The notes under the pieces were generated by a model. The model was not told the origin of the DNA and made no database searches. It was given only the letters and a program-made list of their open reading frames with translations. The translations under genes were made by a program, and so were the position numbers. A stretch of DNA of 56,525 nt from Chloroflexota bacterium (lineage in GTDB: Bacteria; Chloroflexota; Dehalococcoidia; SM23-28-2; HRBIN24): assembly GCA_030550295.1 (NCBI GenBank), contig JAUQPQ010000003.1, positions 1 to 56,525 on the forward strand, in the 5' to 3' direction. This document shows, in pieces, positions 27,896 to 39,288 of the stretch (the stretch's first letter is position 1; the number at the start of each line of letters is the position of its first letter).

Positions 27896-28522
27896 ATGGA
27901 GGGCCACAAGTGTTTCGCTGCTATCTATGACTTTCTGATGGCTCGGGCAGAGAAGACTTTCATGCGGGCCATTAGGTCAGAGGTAGTAGGGAAGGCCAGG
28001 GGGCGCACGTTAGAGATCGGTTGCGGGACTGGGGCAAGCTTCCCCTATTATCCCGATCCCTCCGCCGTCACTGCTACCGAGCCTGACCCCTTTATGTTGC
28101 AGCGGGCCCGCCGGCGGGCCCGTCTAATGGGTATCCCTTTGACTATCATCAGGGCCCGTGCCGAGCTCCTCCCCTTCCCAGACTCCTCCTTTGATACGGT
28201 GATCAGCGTTTTCGTTTTCTGCAGCGTGCAAGATGTGCGCCGCTCTTTGGCTGAGGTGCGCCGTGTCCTGAGGTCTCATGGGGAGCTACGGTTTTACGAG
28301 CACGTGCGCTACGACCACCGATGGGGCGCCCTGGCCCAAGACGCTGTCACGCCCTTGTGGCAATGGCTAGGGGGAGGGTGCCATCCTAATCGGGACACGC
28401 CACGCCTGCTTGAGGAGGCAGGTTTTAGGATAGTCCGCTTGGAGGTCTTCAAGCTCGATCCGCCTGTGCCGCCGCTACTTTTTATACGGCCCCAGGTCTT
28501 AGGGGTGGCCCGTCCAGTTTAG
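27896..28522 (+). CDS. Class I SAM-dependent methyltransferase
   Basis: LEIGCGTG, LPFPDSSFD, FCSV, EHV, GGCHPNRDT; SD AAGGAG. Confidence 0.88.
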   Translation: MEGHKCFAAIYDFLMARAEKTFMRAIRSEVVGKARGRTLEIGCGTGASFPYYPDPSAVTATEPDPFMLQRARRRARLMGIPLTIIRARAELLPFPDSSFDTVISVFVFCSVQDVRRSLAEVRRVLRSHGELRFYEHVRYDHRWGALAQDAVTPLWQWLGGGCHPNRDTPRLLEEAGFRIVRLEVFKLDPPVPPLLFIRPQVLGVARPV

Positions 28523-28524
28523 CT

Positions 28525-29346
28525 ATGGGCGGTCTTGTTTTGGTGCTAGGGGCAGGGGGGATCCGCGGCTGGGCCCATGTGGGGGTGCTCAAAGTTCTCC
28601 ACCAGGCCCAGCTGCCCATTCAGGCCATAGTAGGGGCTAGCGCAGGATCCCTCATAGGTGCCCTCTATGCTGCCCACCGTGATGTCGGCCTAATGCTGGA
28701 GGTGGCCTCTTCGGCCAACGTGGCCTCTCTGACGACCTGGTTTCTGGGTGGACTGAAGATAGGGCCTGATGCACCGGGGTTTGGGCGACGCCTTTGGCAG
28801 GCCTACGGCCATCTAGACTTCGGGGAGATGGCCATCGCCTTTAGGGCGGCTGCCCTTGATGTGGCTACAGGCGAGCGGGTGCTCATAGGCTCTGGCAACG
28901 TAGGAAGGGCAGTGGAGGCAAGCATACGCCCGCCTGGGCTCTTGCCCCCTGTGCTTATAGGGGGAAGGCCCCTTGTGGACGGTGGCCTGCACGATACTGT
29001 CCCCACCGCTCTAGCTATAGCTGCCTTTCCCCAACTGACAACGGTAGCGGTGCCGGTGGGTGAGTTCATAGTGTTGCCCAAGGCATTACAGCCTATCTCC
29101 CGGCAGGCGTCCCGCGTGATATGGGGCCTTGGTGTGGATCCTCGATCTCGCATAGGGGGGCTGGCCTTCATGGCCCATCTGTTAAGCCAAGGGAGGCCTC
29201 AGAGGCTACCCCCTCAGGCCTACATCGTCCCTCGACTGCGGGGCATCATGGCCATCCTTCCCTTCCGCATAGAAGAGGCCATCCGGCGCGGTGAGAAGGC
29301 AGCTAGGGCCGCCCTACCTTACCTGCGCCAGCTCTTCCAGGGCTAG
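28525..29346 (+). CDS. Patatin-like phospholipase
   Basis: GAGGIRG, GASAG, DGG motifs. Confidence 0.88.
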   Translation: MGGLVLVLGAGGIRGWAHVGVLKVLHQAQLPIQAIVGASAGSLIGALYAAHRDVGLMLEVASSANVASLTTWFLGGLKIGPDAPGFGRRLWQAYGHLDFGEMAIAFRAAALDVATGERVLIGSGNVGRAVEASIRPPGLLPPVLIGGRPLVDGGLHDTVPTALAIAAFPQLTTVAVPVGEFIVLPKALQPISRQASRVIWGLGVDPRSRIGGLAFMAHLLSQGRPQRLPPQAYIVPRLRGIMAILPFRIEEAIRRGEKAARAALPYLRQLFQG

Positions 29347-29780
29347 GGGCCTCGGGTGGGCAGGATGATCCATGCCCTTCCGGGGGTGGTAATCCCCTCG
29401 CGTTCGTTCTCGGCCCAAACTTCGCATTCGACGTAGTGTTGGCCATCGCGCACGTATTTGTCTACTACCCGCCCCTTGCAGACCATGACGTCGCCTGGCC
29501 GCTGTTGGCGTCGCATCTCGAAGTAGAGCTTCTTAAGGAAGCCTTCGTCCCCCATCCAGTCGGTGATCACTCGCACCAGAGCACCCTGGATGAAGCCGGT
29601 ATTCATAAACAGGTCTGGATGTCCGGCGCGGCGGGCGAACTGGGAATCGAAGTGAAGGGGGTACCAGTCCTGGGTACCGCTGATCTGAAGGAATATGCGC
29701 CGGGTGTTTATTTCAAGGGAGAAGCCGGGCAACTCCTCGCCTACCTGCACATCTTCCCAGTACCTTTGGGGCCTCTTCAT
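29343..29780 (-). CDS. MaoC-family dehydratase subunit
   Basis: WEDVQVGEELP, QDWYPLHFD, ARRAGHPDLFMN. Confidence 0.8.
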   Translation of the reverse strand: MKRPQRYWEDVQVGEELPGFSLEINTRRIFLQISGTQDWYPLHFDSQFARRAGHPDLFMNTGFIQGALVRVITDWMGDEGFLKKLYFEMRRQQRPGDVMVCKGRVVDKYVRDGQHYVECEVWAENEREGITTPGRAWIILPTRGP

Positions 29781-30316
29781 GGCTCCCCTCTCCTTTCCTT
29801 TTCGGCAGCCACCTCTTCAGGGGTGCGATGGAATAGGAGGGTGTTACGCACAACGCATACCAGCTCGCCGTTCTGGTTCCCGATGATGAGCTCGCTTACC
29901 ACCCACACCGCCTCGGGGTCTATGGAGATGGGCCTCTGGAACACATCGGCGATGCGCCGCTTGATAGATAGACGGTCACCCACACGGATAACCTGGAACC
30001 ATTCCACTTCTTGGGAAAGGTTGATGATCCGTTTGCCTGGGGCTGGCACGATGGGCACCAGGGGCTCGAACACAGGGGGCCAAGGGCCGAGGCTGGCGAA
30101 ATAGATGGCCAACCACCCTGATGGAGGGCAGATGACGGCCCCGTATTTGGTCTTCTTTGCGTATTCGGGGTCCAAGAACAGCGGGTTGGTATCCTCCACC
30201 ATGTGGCAGTGGCGGCGAATGGGATCGTGCTCTACCGGATAACGGCCCCACGATTCGGCCGTTTCCATCCCTATGTAGCGGCGTCGCACCTCCTCAATGT
30301 CGTAGCCCTGGGTCAT
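29777..30316 (-). CDS. MaoC-like dehydratase partner (FAS1/MaoC_N type)
   Basis: IRRHCHMVEDTNPLFLDPEYAKKTKYGAVICPP; ATG 30316 after AGGAGGAG; overlaps the next MaoC gene. Confidence 0.75.
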   Translation of the reverse strand: MTQGYDIEEVRRRYIGMETAESWGRYPVEHDPIRRHCHMVEDTNPLFLDPEYAKKTKYGAVICPPSGWLAIYFASLGPWPPVFEPLVPIVPAPGKRIINLSQEVEWFQVIRVGDRLSIKRRIADVFQRPISIDPEAVWVVSELIIGNQNGELVCVVRNTLLFHRTPEEVAAEKERRGEP

Positions 30317-30420
30317 GGGGCTCCTCCTTTCTTCTGCCAGCATTATAACGGCACTTGTGTAGGAGGGGACAAAGGTGGGACAATGTAATTGGGGGCGGAG
30401 CCTACAGAGGAGGGTTGAAA

Positions 30421-31191
30421 ATGCGCGATGAGGCTCCCACCACTTCGCCCGTTACCCGCGTCATTGTCACCACTGCCCGCGTCGTAGCCCGCAAGGACCA
30501 TACGCCCGACTTGATGACCCTGTGGCTGAAGCCCGCTGCGCCTTTCACCTTTCGGCCTGGCCAGTACTGCACCATCGGTCTAGAGGGGATAGAGAGGCCG
30601 TACTCCATCGTCTCTTCTCCCGATGAGCCCTGGTTGGAGCTCTTCATCGAGCTTGTCCCTCATGGCCAACTGACGCCCCGGCTGTGGCGTCTGCGGGTAG
30701 GGGACGAAGTAAGCTTGCGGTCAAAGGCGAAAGGACTTTTTACGATAGATACCAGCTTTCGCCATCACCTCATGGTGGCCACCGTTACAGGGATTGCTCC
30801 CTTTGTGAGCATGATCCGCTACTACATAGGGCGCGGCCTGACAGGGCACCATTTCTACGTCCTCCACGGTGCTAGCTATCACGATGAGCTGGTGTATGAT
30901 GCTGAGCTCTCCCAACTCGCAGAGGCCCGTCCTGATATTCTCCGATACGTACCTACGGTGAGCCGCCCCCACGAGGAGAGGAACCGGTGTTGGCGGGGCC
31001 AGACTGGCAGGGTGAACACCATCGTGGAGGAGTATATCGAGAGGTTTGAGCTGTCCCCCGAAGACACCCTTGTCTATCTGTGTGGCCACGCCGGGATGAT
31101 TAGCGACGTCAAGGGCAGGTTAAAGCCCTACGGCTGGCGTATCAAGGAAGAGCACTTTTTTTGGCCACCTAGACCCTGGAAGCCGCGCTAG
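30421..31191 (+). CDS. Ferredoxin/flavodoxin-NADP+ reductase (bacterial Fpr type)
   Basis: FRPGQY, RPYSIVS, GQLT, ATVTGIAPF, YLCGH. Confidence 0.85.
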   Translation: MRDEAPTTSPVTRVIVTTARVVARKDHTPDLMTLWLKPAAPFTFRPGQYCTIGLEGIERPYSIVSSPDEPWLELFIELVPHGQLTPRLWRLRVGDEVSLRSKAKGLFTIDTSFRHHLMVATVTGIAPFVSMIRYYIGRGLTGHHFYVLHGASYHDELVYDAELSQLAEARPDILRYVPTVSRPHEERNRCWRGQTGRVNTIVEEYIERFELSPEDTLVYLCGHAGMISDVKGRLKPYGWRIKEEHFFWPPRPWKPR

Positions 31192-31991
31192 AGGCCTTCT
31201 ATCTCTCGTAAGAAGGCCAGTAGGGCCTCGTTGAATTGTTGGGGCCTCTCTATTTGGGGCGTGTGGCCACAGTTGGGTATGATGTGTAGCCTGCTGCCAG
31301 GGATGGCACGGTGCATCCTAATAGACGGCTCCAAGAAGGGCTCGTCCTTGTCACCGCATACGATAAGGACGGGGAGGGTTAGGGACCGGAGCTCCTCCAA
31401 TAGGGGCCGTCTGCTGGCGATGGACTGAGCACAATAGATGTACGCCTCCCGGGAGGTCAGGAGGAACTGCTCTTTCCAGACCTGTAAGAACTCAGGCTGG
31501 GCGCGGAGCTCCTCTGCCTGAGGGTTAAGGTTGAGCTGCGCCTCCCACACAGCCTCCATCCCCTTTTCACGGGCTATCTGCACAAGCTTGGCCCTCTCTT
31601 GGACACGTAAGATGCTAGGCGGCTCAGCCGACGTGTCTACGAGCACTAGGGACTTGAGCAGCTGTGGCTGGGAGAGGGCCACCATCTGCGCGATCATGCC
31701 TCCCATGGAATGCCCCACCAGGTGGCACCCATGCAGTCCTAGGTGGTGGATAAGCTGGACTACGTCTTCGGCCATCGCCTCCAGAAGGTAGTCCTCGGGT
31801 TGGGTAGGCTTGGCCGAAAGCCCGTGACCGCGCAGGTCCGGAGACACCAAGCGGAAGTACGGGCGAAGGGCGGGGACGGTAAGGGCCCAGTTGCGCGAAT
31901 TGCCCGTAAATCCGTGGACCAGAACTACTGGCCTCCCCTCCCCAGTCACCCTGTAGTGGATCTCTAGACCGTTGACTGTTGCTAGGGGCAT
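31188..31991 (-). CDS. Alpha/beta hydrolase
   Basis: VHGFTG, DLRGHG, GHSMGG, GDKD, CGH; SD GGAGG before ATG 31991. Confidence 0.9.
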   Translation of the reverse strand: MPLATVNGLEIHYRVTGEGRPVVLVHGFTGNSRNWALTVPALRPYFRLVSPDLRGHGLSAKPTQPEDYLLEAMAEDVVQLIHHLGLHGCHLVGHSMGGMIAQMVALSQPQLLKSLVLVDTSAEPPSILRVQERAKLVQIAREKGMEAVWEAQLNLNPQAEELRAQPEFLQVWKEQFLLTSREAYIYCAQSIASRRPLLEELRSLTLPVLIVCGDKDEPFLEPSIRMHRAIPGSRLHIIPNCGHTPQIERPQQFNEALLAFLREIEGL

Positions 31992-32090
31992 AGTCTCTCC
32001 TCCTGCCGTTAAGGATATACTCCTTATCCATGGCCACCGGCAAGACCTCCTCCCTTTCCCATGAGGCCCAGATTTCACATTATGAGAATG

Positions 32091-32120
32091 TTGACATTCG
32101 CAAACCCTGGCGTGTATTTT
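32091..32120 (+). promoter_or_regulatory. Candidate promoter of the AOR cluster
   Basis: TTGACA-18 nt-TATTTT. Confidence 0.4.
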
Positions 32121-32148
32121 GGGAATGCATTTGTATAAGGGGGACACC

Positions 32149-32610
32149 ATGAAGCTGATCGTGTCTCATCCTGAGAAGTGTGTAGCTTGTCACCTTTGTG
32201 AAGGGGCCTGCTCGTTGAGACATGAGGGTGCATTCGTCCCTGCCAAGACCAGGATCTGGGTACTGGACCTGGTAGACGAGCAGGTATACGGGGCGTTCAC
32301 ATGCTTCCACTGCCCTGATGCTCCTTGTCTCACCAATTGTCCTACCTATGCCATAAGCCGCGATCCGGAAACGGGCCGCGTGTACGTTAGGGAGGAAAAG
32401 TGTATCGGCTGTAAGATGTGCCTCGTGGCTTGCCCCTTTGGGGTGATGGGCTATCACTTGGACAAGCATGTAGCGCAGAACTGCGACTTGTGCGAGGGCG
32501 ATCCCCAATGCGTGAAAATATGCATCTACGGGGCCCTAGAATACGCAGATAAAGAGCCCTTGCCCTGGGCGACGCGCATGGAAAGGGCTGAGAGCGGGAT
32601 CTTGGTATGA
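32149..32610 (+). CDS. 4Fe-4S dicluster/polyferredoxin subunit (AorA-like)
   Basis: CVACHLCEGAC, CFHCPDAPCLTNCP, CIGCKMCLVACP, CDLC...CVKIC. Confidence 0.9.
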   Translation: MKLIVSHPEKCVACHLCEGACSLRHEGAFVPAKTRIWVLDLVDEQVYGAFTCFHCPDAPCLTNCPTYAISRDPETGRVYVREEKCIGCKMCLVACPFGVMGYHLDKHVAQNCDLCEGDPQCVKICIYGALEYADKEPLPWATRMERAESGILV

Positions 32611-32621
32611 AGGAGGGCGGC

Positions 32622-34445
32622 ATGACGTCCGGATGGGCAGGTCAGGTGCTAAGGGTTAACCTCACCCGGGGGGAGATCACTAAAGAGCCCCTGCGCATGG
32701 ACTGGGCCAGGGCCTACATTGGCGGTAGGGGACTAGGTACGAAATACCTGTACGAAGAGATAGATCCTAGGTGCGATCCCTTAGGCCCCTCAAACAAGGT
32801 CATCTTCGCCACGGGGCCCCTTACGGGCACTTACGCCCCCACTGGAGGCCGCTATATGGTTCTGTGTAAGAGCCCCCTTACCGATGCCATCGCCTGCTCC
32901 AATTCGGGTGGCTACTGGGGGCCTGAGCTGAAGTTCGCTGGTTACGACATGGTCATCTTAGAGGGCCAGTCGCCTCGCCCCGTGTACATTTGGATCCACA
33001 ACGATCACGTCGAGATAAGGGACGCCTCTCACGTCTGGGGTAAGACCACTGCCGAAACGGAGGACATCTTACGCGCTGAGACCGACCCACAGGCGCGGGT
33101 GGCAGGAATCGGCCCGGCTGGAGAAAACATGTGCCGTGTGGCCTGCGTCATAAACGACAAATCTCGGGCTGCTGGACGCTCTGGGGTGGGCGCGGCCATG
33201 GGGGCGAAACGGGTGAAGGCCATCGTGGTGAGGGGCACGGGGGCGGTACGGGTGGCTGACCCTGTCCGCTTTTCTCAGGTGGTGATGGACTCCCTCCAGA
33301 TAGTAGCCCAATCGCCAGTGACGTCGGCGGCATTAAGGGGTCTAGGCACTGCCTCCACGGTTGGTTTCACTAATGCCGTGGGGATCTTGCCTACGCGCAA
33401 CTTCCAGCAGGGGCAGTTTGAGGGTGCAAACGCTATCTCCGGTCAGGCCATCGCCCAGTCGGTGCTGGTGCGTAATAAGGGGTGCTACTCCTGCCCAATA
33501 GGATGTGCCAGGGTTACTGAGATCAAAGGCCCTTCCAAATGGCAGGGGAAGGGAGAAGGCCCCGAATACGAGACGATCTTTGGCGTGGGCAGCGACTGTG
33601 GAGTAGGCGACCTCAACGCCATCCTTTACGCCAACTACCTCTGTAACCTCTACGCCGTAGACACCATCTCCGCCGGTGCCACCATCGCTACGGCCATGGA
33701 GCTGGCGGAGAAAGGCTACATCCCCGAGGAGGACCTGGCCGAGTTGCCCTTCGAGCTAAAGTTTGGCAACGCCGATGCCGTGATAGGCTGCCTAGAGCTA
33801 ATGGCATACAGGCGGGGCAAGTTTGGCAACCTTTTGGCCGAGGGAGGATATCGTCTGGCCGAGTACTATGGCCACCCCGAGCTCTTCATGGGCGTAAAGA
33901 AGCAAGAGTTTGCCGCTTATGACCCCAGGGGAGCCAAAGGCATGGGCCTCGGCTACGCTACGTCCAACCGGGGCGCCTGTCACCTAAGAGGCTATTCTAT
34001 GAGCGTCGAGTGGTTTGCTCCCCCCGATCAGCGTCTTGACCCCTTCAGCATCGAGGGGAAGGCAGCTGTTCAGAAGATGTTGCAGGACGCCGCCGCTAGT
34101 GTCGACTCTAGCGGCGTTTGTACCTTCGTCACCTTTGCCCTGACGCCCGACAAGATCTGCGCCCTCTACAACGCCGCCACTGGGGAGACCCTTACCTTAG
34201 AAGACTGGGCCCTCACCGGCGAACGCATCTGGAACATAGAGCGCCTGTTCAACATAGGTGCTGGGCTGGGGCGAAAGGACGACACCCTGCCTCCCAGGAT
34301 GCTGAACGAGCCTTTGACGGGTGGTGCCGTCCCGGGGCAAGTGGTAGAGCTGGAACCTATGCTAGAAGAGTACTATCGCCTACGGGGCTGGGACGAGGAG
34401 GGTCGCCCTACCCAGGAGACTTTGGCCCGATTGGGCCTAGCGTAG
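32622..34445 (+). CDS. Tungsten-dependent aldehyde oxidoreductase catalytic subunit (AOR family)
   Basis: KSPLTD, GRSGVGAAMGAK, CYSCPIGC, EYET, DTISAG, RGACH, GVCTF, EYYRLRGWD. Confidence 0.92.
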   Translation: MTSGWAGQVLRVNLTRGEITKEPLRMDWARAYIGGRGLGTKYLYEEIDPRCDPLGPSNKVIFATGPLTGTYAPTGGRYMVLCKSPLTDAIACSNSGGYWGPELKFAGYDMVILEGQSPRPVYIWIHNDHVEIRDASHVWGKTTAETEDILRAETDPQARVAGIGPAGENMCRVACVINDKSRAAGRSGVGAAMGAKRVKAIVVRGTGAVRVADPVRFSQVVMDSLQIVAQSPVTSAALRGLGTASTVGFTNAVGILPTRNFQQGQFEGANAISGQAIAQSVLVRNKGCYSCPIGCARVTEIKGPSKWQGKGEGPEYETIFGVGSDCGVGDLNAILYANYLCNLYAVDTISAGATIATAMELAEKGYIPEEDLAELPFELKFGNADAVIGCLELMAYRRGKFGNLLAEGGYRLAEYYGHPELFMGVKKQEFAAYDPRGAKGMGLGYATSNRGACHLRGYSMSVEWFAPPDQRLDPFSIEGKAAVQKMLQDAAASVDSSGVCTFVTFALTPDKICALYNAATGETLTLEDWALTGERIWNIERLFNIGAGLGRKDDTLPPRMLNEPLTGGAVPGQVVELEPMLEEYYRLRGWDEEGRPTQETLARLGLA

Positions 34446-34455
34446 GAGGTAAGAG

Positions 34456-35730
34456 GTGGCCAGGTACGTCATCTTGGGAGCTTCTGCCGCAGGCCTTGCG
34501 GCCTTAGAGGCCATCAGGGAACGGGATCCGGACGGGGAGATTGTGATGGTCTCTAAGGAGCCCCCGCCATGTTATTCGCGGGTGGCCCTTCCCTACTTAT
34601 TGGCCGGGGAAAAGAACTTGGGCCAAATCACCCTCCGGGCAGACGACTACTTCCGGGCCAAGAGGGTGGAAACGATCTGGGGCAAAGGGGCTGTAGCGCT
34701 GGATGCTCAGGCCCGACAGGTTAGGCTAGAAGATGGCCAGAATCTCCCCTATGACAAGCTACTTATCGCTACTGGCTCTCGACCACGCATCCCCCCCATC
34801 CAGGGCATCGAGGAAGCTGACGTATGCTACCACTGGACCTTGGCCGATGCCCGCAAGATCGAGGAAAAGGCGCAAAAGGCGCGGGACTGCTTCGTCATCG
34901 GTGCTGGCTTTATAAGCCTGCTCACCATCAACGCCCTCGTCAAGAGATCATCCCTTAAGTTCACCGTGGTAGAGGTGGCGGGACGGGTGATGCCCCAGCT
35001 CTTGGACCAGGGCGGCGCTAGCCTCCTAGAGGAGGTGATGCGGCGCCAGGGCATAGAGCTTCTCCTAAACGACACTGCCGCCTCGGTGGAACGAAGGGGA
35101 GATGGACGCTACAGCATACGATTGTCCAGCGGTAGGACGTACGAAGCAGATATAGTCATCTGCGGCACAGGGGTGGAGCCAAACATCGAGTTCCTCCGAG
35201 GATCAAACCTAGACATAGGACGCGGGATACGTACGAGTGAACGCCAGGAGACTAATTTGCCTGGGGTCTACGCCGCAGGCGACTGCGCTGAGACGCGTGA
35301 CTTCCAGACAGGGGCACCCGTCATCCACGCCATCTGGCCCACAGCTGTGGAGCAGGGGCAAGTAGCAGGGGCCAACATGGCAGGCGACAACCTTTCATAC
35401 CCAGGGAGCCTCAGCTGGAACGTGACGGAGCTGTTCGGCCTCACCTGTGCGTCCATTGGGGAGTTCCAAGAGAGGCCGGGCCTAGAGCCCATCGTCATGG
35501 AGGACCGGGCAGTGGGCCTGTATCGGAAGATCTTGCTGGATAGCGAGGGGAAGGCGGCAGGGGTCGTGCTGGTGGGCCGCCCCAGCGATGCTCAGGAGTT
35601 GGGGGTTTTGCAGGCAGCGATCCGCAGAGGAACCAAACTAGCGCGCTGGAAGGATCACCTGGCCCACGATCGTGCTGCCTTTGGGCTGATCGCGTTCGAT
35701 GCCCTGCGGGCGGGGCTAGCTAAGCGGTAG
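34456..35730 (+). CDS. FAD/NAD-dependent oxidoreductase (AorC-like)
   Basis: ILGASAAG, YDKLLIATGS, IGAGFI, YAAGDC, AGANMAG. Confidence 0.85.
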   Translation: MARYVILGASAAGLAALEAIRERDPDGEIVMVSKEPPPCYSRVALPYLLAGEKNLGQITLRADDYFRAKRVETIWGKGAVALDAQARQVRLEDGQNLPYDKLLIATGSRPRIPPIQGIEEADVCYHWTLADARKIEEKAQKARDCFVIGAGFISLLTINALVKRSSLKFTVVEVAGRVMPQLLDQGGASLLEEVMRRQGIELLLNDTAASVERRGDGRYSIRLSSGRTYEADIVICGTGVEPNIEFLRGSNLDIGRGIRTSERQETNLPGVYAAGDCAETRDFQTGAPVIHAIWPTAVEQGQVAGANMAGDNLSYPGSLSWNVTELFGLTCASIGEFQERPGLEPIVMEDRAVGLYRKILLDSEGKAAGVVLVGRPSDAQELGVLQAAIRRGTKLARWKDHLAHDRAAFGLIAFDALRAGLAKR

Positions 35731-35732
35731 CC

Positions 35733-35975
35733 ATGAAGGTGACGATAGAGCTGCAGGCCTATCTAGACCGATATTCGCCCGTAGGTGACCCCCACTTCCA
35801 GGTGGATTTACCCAACGGCGCCACTGTAGAAGGCCTCTTGCGCCACCTGGGCATTCCAGATGATATGGCCCAGGTGATCATCGTTAACAACCAGAACGTA
35901 GGCTTCGAGCATCCCCTAAAAGAGGGGGATCACGTTATCCTGATACCGCCCCTGGCAGGCGGTGGCCAAGGCTAG
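35733..35975 (+). CDS. MoaD/ThiS sulfur carrier
   Basis: Ubiquitin-like pattern ending LKEGDHVILIPPLAGG followed by GQG. Confidence 0.85.
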   Translation: MKVTIELQAYLDRYSPVGDPHFQVDLPNGATVEGLLRHLGIPDDMAQVIIVNNQNVGFEHPLKEGDHVILIPPLAGGGQG

Positions 35976-36280
35976 CGCACCAGGTAAATATCGCCCCCCT
36001 CCACCTTCAGGGTGTAGGTGGGTATAGGGCGCGATGGAGGAGGGGCTGCAACTTCCCCAGTCTTTACGTTGAACTGGCCACGGTGCCATGGGCACTCCAC
36101 CACCTCACCTTTCAATTCCCCCTCTGCTAATGGCCCTCCCCGGTGGGTACACTTGTTGGCGAAGGCGAAGAATTGCCCTCCTATGTTTGCCACAACCACC
36201 TCTTCCCCCTCAACCTCCACCAGCTTCATTTCGCCCGGAGGGATTTCCGCTGTGGAGGCTATCTTGATCTCTTGGGCCAT
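35972..36280 (-). CDS. Rieske [2Fe-2S] ferredoxin
   Basis: CTH...CPWH. Confidence 0.9.
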   Translation of the reverse strand: MAQEIKIASTAEIPPGEMKLVEVEGEEVVVANIGGQFFAFANKCTHRGGPLAEGELKGEVVECPWHRGQFNVKTGEVAAPPPSRPIPTYTLKVEGGDIYLVR

Positions 36281-36404
36281 GACGAACCTCCTGCGCCTTA
36301 GGCTAAGATTGAAGTCAGTAAAAATTATACGGCCCCCCTCATGGCAAACGGAACGGATTGCCTGAAAATATAGGCGTCCTTAAGATGCCTAAGGGGGTGA
36401 GAGA

Positions 36405-37253
36405 GTGGCCTTCTCTACGGTGCTCCTGGAGATAAATGGGCCTATAGCCCGCATAACCCTTAACCGCCCCGAGCGCCTCAACGCTATCAACCGCCAGATG
36501 ATCAGGGAATTGGCAGAAGCTATATCGACTGCCAATGCCGATGGCCAGGTCAAAGTGATCATCCTTTCGGGGGCGGGGAGGGCCTTCTGTGCAGGCTACG
36601 ACCTACAATGGGCCACCGCCACGGAAGAGGAGACGCAAGAGGCGAGGGGTGGTGTATGGGATCCCGTGGCCGATTACCTGGCCATGTGGCAGAACGTGCG
36701 CACCTTTATGGCCCTTTGGGAGTCCCCCAAACCTACCATCGCCCAAGTCCATGGCTGGTGCGTTGGTGGCGGCACCGATTTGGCCCTCTGCTGCGACCTC
36801 ATCTTTGTAGCCGAGGATGCCCAGATAGGTTATCCTCCTGCCCGCGTCTGGGGGCAGCCTACAACGGTGATGTGGGTATATCGTCTGGGCCTTGAACACG
36901 CCAAAAGGCTTATGCTTTCTGGTCAGCCCTTGTCTGGGAAGGAGGCAGTTCAAGTTGGGTTGGCATCCGCTGCCTTCCCACCTTCTCAGCTTGCCCAAGG
37001 AGTAGAAGCCTATGCCCACCGTTTGGCCACTATACCCCTAAGCCAGCTGGTGATGAGCAAGCTCTTAGTCAACCAGGCGTATGAGAACATGGGGCTGCGC
37101 ACCACCCAAATCTTGGGCACATTCATGGACGGTATCGCCCGTCATACCCCGGAGGGGATCGACTGGCGCCGGACCGTGATCAAGGAGGGGCTAAGAGAGG
37201 CGCTACGCCGTCGCGATGAGCCCTTTGGTGACTACTCCTTCTCCCGTCGTTAG
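36405..37253 (+). CDS. Crotonase-superfamily enoyl-CoA hydratase-like protein
   Basis: LNRPERLNAI, FCAGYDL, VHGWCVGGG, IGYPPARVWG. Confidence 0.88.
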   Translation: MAFSTVLLEINGPIARITLNRPERLNAINRQMIRELAEAISTANADGQVKVIILSGAGRAFCAGYDLQWATATEEETQEARGGVWDPVADYLAMWQNVRTFMALWESPKPTIAQVHGWCVGGGTDLALCCDLIFVAEDAQIGYPPARVWGQPTTVMWVYRLGLEHAKRLMLSGQPLSGKEAVQVGLASAAFPPSQLAQGVEAYAHRLATIPLSQLVMSKLLVNQAYENMGLRTTQILGTFMDGIARHTPEGIDWRRTVIKEGLREALRRRDEPFGDYSFSRR

Positions 37254-37539
37254 GCTGTAGGGTCCCTTATAGCTTCGCCACCAGCGCCTATCATGGGTTG
37301 CCATCTGCCTTGGTGGGGGCTAACGCTTTGCTATTTTATGAAAGCCATCGAGGCCCTAGGCTTGTTGAGGGATTATGGGCCATCTCTTTCTGGCTAGCTA
37401 GTTGCCGTCACGTTTAACCGCGGTACTCTCAAGCAACGTTATGCGCGAGAGATGAGAGAAGGTGATCTTCATGGCCCAAGGACGACCCTTTTATGATGTG
37501 GGGAACTGATCCGCCAACAACGCTCAGCAGTGGCCTGGG

Positions 37540-37569
37540 TTGCAGCCGGACGCTATGACGTGCTAAGGT
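37540..37569 (+). promoter_or_regulatory. Candidate pyr operon promoter
   Basis: TTGCAG-18 nt-TAAGGT with extended TG, just upstream of the PyrR site. Confidence 0.4.
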
Positions 37570-37596
37570 AATAAAGAGACGCCTGCCCCTGTTCGA

Positions 37597-37628
37597 CCTT
37601 TAAGTCGGTCCTGTGAGGCCGACAAGGG
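37597..37628 (+). promoter_or_regulatory. PyrR binding RNA element
   Basis: CCTTTAA-GTCG-GTCCTGTGAGGC-CGAC-AAGGG matches the CUUUAA plus RUCCNGNGAGGY pattern, upstream of pyrR. Confidence 0.85.
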
Positions 37629-37646
37629 AGACGGGGAATTTGATAG

Positions 37647-39284
<1,638 letters not shown>

Positions 39285-39288
<4 letters not shown>

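Noticed and set aside
29343-30316. Steroid side-chain ChsH1/ChsH2 hydratase module
   Set aside because: No DUF35 domain or adjacent Ltp2-type aldolase; kept as a generic MaoC pair.
37254-37539. Small ORF or ncRNA in the gap before the pyr leader
   Set aside because: Only very short ORFs without convincing RBS, and no structure I recognise.
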